In this document: positions 58,571 through 64,000 of the stretch, piece by piece
How positions within the stretch are numbered: the stretch's first letter is position 1
Layout of the letters: every line of letters starts with the position of its first letter
Source: an uncultured Gemmatimonadales bacterium
GTDB taxonomy: Bacteria; Gemmatimonadota; Gemmatimonadetes; Gemmatimonadales; GWC2-71-9
Length of the DNA: 64,000 nucleotides
Assembly: GCA_963771275.1 (NCBI GenBank)
Contig: CAVYSW010000003.1
Span: 1,811,864-1,875,863, forward strand
Direction: 5' to 3'
Translations under genes and position numbers: made by a program
The notes under the pieces: generated by a model
Told to the model about the DNA's origin: nothing
The model's input: the letters and a program-made list of their open reading frames with translations, nothing else
The model's database searches: none

Positions 58571-59310
58571 TCACGAATGGGTGAGTGGCGGCGGCGAAGC
58601 GTCAGGCCCGTCTTGCTTCTCCACCCGGCGGAGGACACGATGCGCAGCCTTGGCCACGAGCTTCTTCGCCGACTCGGCCTTCTCGCCTTCAAGAACGTCA
58701 CGCCGAAGCACCTCGGTGATTAGAACGCCGCGCACTTGGTCCTCGTCAATGCGCGTGTCAGGAGAGATACGGCGAAGCTCCCTGCGCAGGACGTCTGTGA
58801 CGGGCTCCGACATGATCAAAGCGCCGAGCGTGAAGCGACTGAGAGCCTGCCGTTGCTGGAAGTACTCTCCGAGGCGAGCCTTCTGCCACCCCTCCTTGCA
58901 GAGCAGCCAGACGATCTTCCAGATCGCCATCCTTTCGATGGCTGAGCTCGGACAGGTTGAACTCGACGACGAGTTCCTGCTCGATGGGCTTCGTGAAGTT
59001 GACTTTGTAAGCGCGCCAGACGAGTCCGTTGGTGAGGGCCACCCACTCGCATCCCTGGTTGCTCGCGTAATCGACCGCCTGCTTCACATGCTGGTCCTTA
59101 AGGTCGAGTCCGATGGCCTTCACCTCGATCAGCAGGGCGAGCGCGCCATCGATCTTGATTGCCAGGTCGCAGAACGTGCCGCGGATGGCATGTTCCGAGG
59201 TAATCTCGGTGTACTTGTCGTAGCCGAAGAGCTCGTGTAGCAGGTCCATCACGATGATGACTGTGTCGGACTCGTTGGCGTCCCGTGCACGAGCGGCGTC
59301 CAGGATCGGT
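58571..59310 (-). pseudogene. HsdR N-terminal-like PD-(D/E)xK nuclease protein, 5'-truncated and frameshifted near 58917
   Basis: NESDT, FGYD, CDLAI, IEVKA, QAVDYA, LTNG.VW; continues in a second frame; no start codon before PILDAARARD. Confidence 0.7.
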
Positions 59311-59438
59311 CGGGGCGCGCTAGCCCGAGCGCCCAGGCCCCTCCGGCGGTTGGTTCGACGCCGGAGGCTAGTGTGATGGGGCTCAACTGTGAGGGGGGCG
59401 CTTCGCCGGAGGCGTGGAAGGCGCCGCCCGTCCGAAGC

Positions 59439-61373
59439 TCAGTATCGCCAGTCCTGTGACGCTTCAGCGTTGGGGCATTGCGCGCCCAGTTCCGCCAGAA
59501 ACGGACTGGCAATGGTGCGAGCAACTCCCCTCCCTACCCACTTCCCAAGCGGGATGCCGGCCACCCTCGCATCAGCCACGTTGGAAGTCTGGTACTTGGA
59601 CAGCACCACGGTCTCCGTTGCACGTGTCAGTCCAACATACAAGACGCGTCGCTGCTCCTCGAAGTGCTCGCGGGCCGCTGCATCGGCAAGTTTCGTTCGA
59701 GGATGAACCGGGATCAGGCCGTCAACGAGTCCCGCAATCACCACCATCTTGACCGTGAGGCCCTTCGATTTGTGAAGGCTCATCAAACGCACGTATGGCG
59801 CGGTCAGCGGAACCTCGGGTGCGGCAACTTGCTTGCGGACTGATGCGACGAAATCACGCAGCGAGATCTCCACGCTCTCAAGCTCCAGGACTCTTTCAGC
59901 CGCCGCGCGCAATCCGGATAGGGCTGGAATGTCCGCCGGCAGGACGCGATCGATGATGCCCTCGAGTCCCTCCCCGTGCGCCTGGGCTTCGCCTAGGGCT
60001 TCCGTGAGTTCATCCCACTTAGCGGCAATGTCCCCAATCTGTCGCAGAGGTGTCCGCCCGTCCTTCAGACGCTCTAACACGTCCTTTACAGTTAGGCCGT
60101 CGTTCCTAGCCAAGGCCAAGATGCGTCGATAGGTTGGCCTGCGCTGTGTGCTGTGATCGAGGGCAAGCCATGCCCGCAGCGCCATCCGATCATCCGGATC
60201 GGCAAGGAGCGTCAGGAGGGTGATAGCCCGCTTCGCCTCATCGGTGTCAAATGCCTCTTCGGTGAAGTAGGAGTGCGCGTCGTAGCCATTCCGAACAAGG
60301 TGATCCCGCAGGCCATACGCGATCTTACGCCAGTTTGTCAGGACCAGAACATCACCCGGACTTACCCGGCCGGAATCCAGTCGAGATTGAATGAAGTCCG
60401 TCAGCCCCTCAGCTTCCGCCTCCATAGTCTGGAACATGACATTGTGTACTTCCCCCATCGGCCGTGTCGGATCAGGCGCCAGCGCGGGCTTCGCTCGTCC
60501 TGGATTCCGTTCAATCAACGCCTGCGCCATCGCAACGACCTGCTGGGGGCAACGATGGCAGGTGAGAAGTCGCGCATCCTCGTCCGCGGGGTAGTCCCTG
60601 ATCCCAGCGGGGTGAGCGTTTCGCAAACTGACGTAGATTGACTGGTCATCGTCTCCGATAATCGCAAGTTGCCCCCGGCCCTGTCGCAGGCTCTCACGAG
60701 CAAGGAGGGCTATCAGTTCCTGATCCGCTCTGTTGAGGTCCTGGTACTCGTCCACCAGGACGTGGTCGAACCGGGCAAGTTCTTCGACCAGAGGATTCTG
60801 TATAAGGAACTCGCGTGCGATGGGGACCAACTGCCCCAAGAACATGCACTGATGCCAACGCAGCGTCTCGAGAAGGGCATCTTGAAAGGCCTGTGGTAGG
60901 CCCGGCGCTGGTGCGCCGGGAGGGTCGCTAGCCAGTGTGGCCCAAGCGCACTCGTATTGGGTCCTCAATCGCCGACGCTCATAGAAGGTGCCGAAGTCAC
61001 CATCCAGGTCTTTGAGGAGTATGTCCAGCTCGAAGTTCGCGAGAATGCGCGGAACGTACCCCGTCAAACGAAACACCTCTTCCCGGGCTAGAAGCGAGAA
61101 GCAAAGTGCGTGGAGTGTTGTCGCTGTGAGTCGTTCCGCGTTCGGCACCTCTGGTCTTGCCAGGCTGCCTCTTAGATCGTCCGCAGCGGTCCGAGTCAGG
61201 GTCACAACGAGGAGTCGCTCAGGCGGGACTTGCTCGACTTCCAGAAGACGCTGAACCCGGCGCATCAGCGCGCGAGTCTTGCCTGTTCCGGGACCTGCCA
61301 AGCATCGAATGCGGGGTAGTGCCGAAGCGGCGAAGGTGTGGGCATCGCCCACGAGATCGTCATCCCAAGCCAC
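59439..61373 (-). CDS. UvrD/Rep-family SF1 helicase
   Basis: AGPGTGKT, TLHA, DEYQD, GDDDQSIY, HKSKGL, YVGLTRA; GTG start inferred. Confidence 0.9.
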   Translation of the reverse strand: MAWDDDLVGDAHTFAASALPRIRCLAGPGTGKTRALMRRVQRLLEVEQVPPERLLVVTLTRTAADDLRGSLARPEVPNAERLTATTLHALCFSLLAREEVFRLTGYVPRILANFELDILLKDLDGDFGTFYERRRLRTQYECAWATLASDPPGAPAPGLPQAFQDALLETLRWHQCMFLGQLVPIAREFLIQNPLVEELARFDHVLVDEYQDLNRADQELIALLARESLRQGRGQLAIIGDDDQSIYVSLRNAHPAGIRDYPADEDARLLTCHRCPQQVVAMAQALIERNPGRAKPALAPDPTRPMGEVHNVMFQTMEAEAEGLTDFIQSRLDSGRVSPGDVLVLTNWRKIAYGLRDHLVRNGYDAHSYFTEEAFDTDEAKRAITLLTLLADPDDRMALRAWLALDHSTQRRPTYRRILALARNDGLTVKDVLERLKDGRTPLRQIGDIAAKWDELTEALGEAQAHGEGLEGIIDRVLPADIPALSGLRAAAERVLELESVEISLRDFVASVRKQVAAPEVPLTAPYVRLMSLHKSKGLTVKMVVIAGLVDGLIPVHPRTKLADAAAREHFEEQRRVLYVGLTRATETVVLSKYQTSNVADARVAGIPLGKWVGRGVARTIASPFLAELGAQCPNAEASQDWRY

Positions 61374-61516
61374 CGCAGCTCCTCCCGTGCTTCGATGAAG
61401 TGGTCCATGTACCACCCACCACGAACGAAAGGGAGGGCACTTTGGGCACACAAGCCCGAGTCTGCGTCATGATTCCAAGATGCGGAAGGGCCCTAACTCG
61501 TTACATCGCTTTCCAG

Positions 61517-61566
61517 TGCGACCGGAGGGACTCGAACCCCCACGGGTTACCCCACAGGATCCTAAG
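61517..61566 (-). other. 3' half of tRNA-Leu(TAG): probable att site
   Basis: Minus strand CTTAGGA-TCCTG-TGGGGTAACCCGT-GGGGGTTCGAGTCCCTC-CGGTCGC-A; homology stops at the anticodon loop, no D arm or 5' acceptor strand. Confidence 0.85.
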
Positions 61567-62244
61567 GCGCGGCTCGCGGAGCGACTACGGTGATCAGGCG
61601 TTATCGGTGCTGAACTTAGCCGCGCGGCAGGTGATCAGAAGTGATCGGCGGTGATCACCGAAGGTGCACCCCAGGGAGCACCAAGGAGGTGCCTCCACGT
61701 GGCGCATGCGGAACTTGCCGTTGCCGCGTGGGACAACGTGCTCTAGCTTCGGGAAAGCGAAAGTTTCAGGAGGGAAAGTATGGGAGGGATATTCGAGACG
61801 ATTGAGGCGCCCACCATTACGGAGCTTCGGCGCCGGACGCAAGAATGGACTCGGAAGATCCGGGAGTCTGACTCCATGGAAGTTCACTGGGGATGGAATC
61901 GGGACCGGGTTGAGCAGACGGAGACCGGGTACCAGATCACCGTCCACGCGCACAGCTAGCTCGATGGAAACCGTGCGGAGCATTCTGGAAGTGGTGGTCA
62001 AGGAGCACCTCTCCAAAGCGCAGAGTGCCCTTGATCAAGCCACTGCGGGCAGTGTCCATCCGATCCCGGACCAGCGCACCCTGAGGGTCTCCACCGAGAG
62101 GCCCAGTGATTTGTACAACGCTATTCACATCGCTCGCGCCGAACTCCGGTCGCTAGCTGGGCTGCTGGACTTTTGTCCGCCAGCACGTCCGCGATTCGGA
62201 GTGATGCGGTGTGACTGCCCGCCCGCGAAGCCGTAGAACCCGAT

Positions 62245-62469
62245 TCACCCGATTGATCGAGTAGGGCCTCGGCTTAGGGGACCTTGTGACTCCTCCATCT
62301 TTTCGACGGAGAGGAACGCCCCCGGTGCGAGATAGAGGTCGGCGATCTTGCCTTCCCCGAGCGCCTTCGATACCTGGAGGGCGGTCTTGTAGTCGCTCTC
62401 GGGCAGTTCGACGTAGGCGTGGTGTGTCTCCTTGCGCGCGTCCTGGTACATTACGTGCCACCTGGCCAT
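62245..62469 (-). CDS. Small hypothetical protein
   Basis: MARWHVMYQD..., preceded by AAAGGTGG RBS-like sequence. Confidence 0.45.
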   Translation of the reverse strand: MARWHVMYQDARKETHHAYVELPESDYKTALQVSKALGEGKIADLYLAPGAFLSVEKMEESQGPLSRGPTRSIG

Positions 62470-62499
62470 TTGAGCCACCTTTGGACTGGTCGGATTTCT

Positions 62500-63284
62500 C
62501 TAAGGTAATTTTGTACAGCTCGCGTCGCTCCACGTCAGCGATTCCCGTCTGTGTGATGTAGTACCGTCCTTCGTCGCTGTGGACATACGCCTTCCCGTCC
62601 TCCAGACCCGTGAGGGTGCGTCCGAGGTTGGCGTGCATGCGCCCTGGCACCCCACGTCGCAAGCTCTTCTCGCGTTGCGCCTTCCCGGCCCCGATGGTAA
62701 AGCAGCAGCAGCAGGTAGTCGCCAGCCTTGAGGTTCGGATTCAGGACTTTGAGGAAGTTCCCGACCGTCTCCACGGCCGGTGCCTTCCGAGTAACCAGAT
62801 TCTCGACCATCCGCTGGGCTTCGTCTGCCGCGACGTTGTGGTAGAGTCTCACGAACTCGGCGAGCACCCAATCGAGGACCGTAGCGACCAGCGTGGCGTC
62901 TTGAAGGTTCGGATCAATCCCGTCCCCCAGGTGAGCCGCGTCGCGTTTATTACGAACGTCGTAGACTACCCTGAGGGCCCGAGGATTGTGCAGCCGCACG
63001 GAGTCGTTGGCATCGGCCGACTTGAGGTTGGCGAGCGCCGTGATGACGGCATCCGTCTCGAGCTTCTGCGAGAGTGGCGTGACTGGCAGCCCGCCGGCCT
63101 CTTGCAGGAGCCGAAAGGCTGCCTCACAGAATCGCCCACCCTCCACGGCGCTCAACCGTAGTTCGCCCGCGTAGAAGTTCTGCTTCGCCTCGGCGTATGC
63201 CTCCAGTAACTCATCCACAAGTTTGGGAATTAGTGAGGCGACCAGCCCCGCGCGAATCTGCGCGAAGGACGCACCGGCGGTCAC
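62500..63284 (-). CDS. HEPN/Abi_C-like protein with C-terminal winged helix (frameshifts near 62650 and probably 62508)
   Basis: GRFCEA..R.L, RNKRDAAH (R-x6-H); C-terminal LLLLY...T..EL..W...YYIT.TG continues in shifted frame. Confidence 0.7.
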
Positions 63285-63853
63285 TTAGCCAAGCGCTTCC
63301 GCCCCTTGGACCTCTTCCGCCGCTTGCCCTTACGGGCCTCGGCTATCACGGCGCGAACTGCGTCCCGATCTGGAAGGGCATCGACCAGTTCCTCGCCAAT
63401 CCGACTTATCGTCCGTTGGCCCCGGCCGCTCGTGGTCAGGTACTTAGCCTTAAGGGCATTGCCGATGTGCATCGATGCACTGGTGAACTTCGGCTCTTGC
63501 GCCTCGTCATTGAGAGCCGTCAGGTCCTTTGTCTCAAACGACGGCTGCTCCCGATGGTGCCTCAGGTAGTAGGCGAGCGTCGCGACCTTCTCGATCGCTT
63601 TATCGGGGCGCTTCGCCTTCATGAACTCCTTAGGGGTCAGGGTGGCGACATCGTCACGGCCCCCGTACTCATTAGCATCCGCCTTGGAGCGCGTCTTTCC
63701 GGTTGGCGCCTTGACGTTGAGGCGTACGGCCAGGAAATCAATCGCCTGCTGCTTCTCATCGGCCTTCAGTTCGGACATCGCAAGGAAAGCCGTGTTCGTT
63801 GCCTCCGGGACCGGGTCCAGTTTGATCCTGGCCTTACCCTTTCTGCTCGCCAT
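63281..63853 (-). CDS. Winged-helix-like protein with basic C-terminal tail
   Basis: PKEF...K.P....KVATLAYYL.....F..KDL; IS.IGEE.V; stop overlaps the next GTG. Confidence 0.7.
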   Translation of the reverse strand: MASRKGKARIKLDPVPEATNTAFLAMSELKADEKQQAIDFLAVRLNVKAPTGKTRSKADANEYGGRDDVATLTPKEFMKAKRPDKAIEKVATLAYYLRHHREQPSFETKDLTALNDEAQEPKFTSASMHIGNALKAKYLTTSGRGQRTISRIGEELVDALPDRDAVRAVIAEARKGKRRKRSKGRKRLAK

Positions 63854-63933
63854 CTACAGCCTCGTCTTTCTGTACCAGTTGTCTTAACCACAATTTCGTG
63901 CCACGCCATTTACCACCCATAAGCAATGAGATG

Positions 63934-63962
63934 TGTATAGCGAGAATTGCCCGTTAGCGCAA
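63934..63962 (-). promoter_or_regulatory. Possible sigma70 promoter for the wHTH-HEPN pair
   Basis: TTGCGC, 17 bp, TATACA on the minus strand. Confidence 0.35.
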
Positions 63963-64000
63963 GTGGTCTGGCAAGTCGATTGCAGCCGGTGGTCAGCAAT

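Larger units (their letters stand above)
57850..64000. mobile_element. Lower-GC genomic island region at a tRNA-Leu locus upstream of tig (extends beyond window)
   Basis: Visible drop in GC and codon bias, tRNA 3'-half duplication, pseudogenes and defence-like genes; no integrase within the window. Confidence 0.7.

Noticed and set aside
1..64000. CRISPR array, rRNA, intact transposase or integrase
   Set aside because: None seen by eye; the repeats found are short palindromes or heptamers without spacers.

Overview
High-GC bacterial chromosome segment; gene content and style suggest Gemmatimonadota (inference). Positions 1-57.8 kb are mostly housekeeping: corA, etfBA with ETF-QO, a Mo/W-cofactor cluster, guaB, nrnA, mrp, mscL, an ECF sigma/anti-sigma operon, ubiE, a large clan GH-A glycosidase, a purD-fpg-peptidase-Cho repair operon, glmM-glmS-dtd-maf, trpE, a PilB/GspE-receiver fusion and tig-clpP-clpX-yihA. 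There are two accessory regions. The first is a small islet at about 28.6-30.5 kb with a recombinase remnant and a HigBA-like TA pair. The second is a lower-GC island from about 57.85 kb to the window end, with a tRNA-Leu 3'-half att site, a UvrD helicase, an HsdR_N-like pseudogene and a wHTH plus HEPN-like gene pair. The most striking object is a tRNA gene at 58054-58137 with a full tRNA-Leu body and identity set but an alanine (CGC) anticodon, followed by a promoter-flanked candidate small RNA. Also notable: two exact SigW-type promoters, two translationally coupled small ORFs missed by the ORF track, and a four-zinc-ribbon metallopeptidase inside a DNA-repair operon. Several single-base frameshifts suggest long-read assembly errors. 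All protein calls come from motif recognition by eye; no database search was run.
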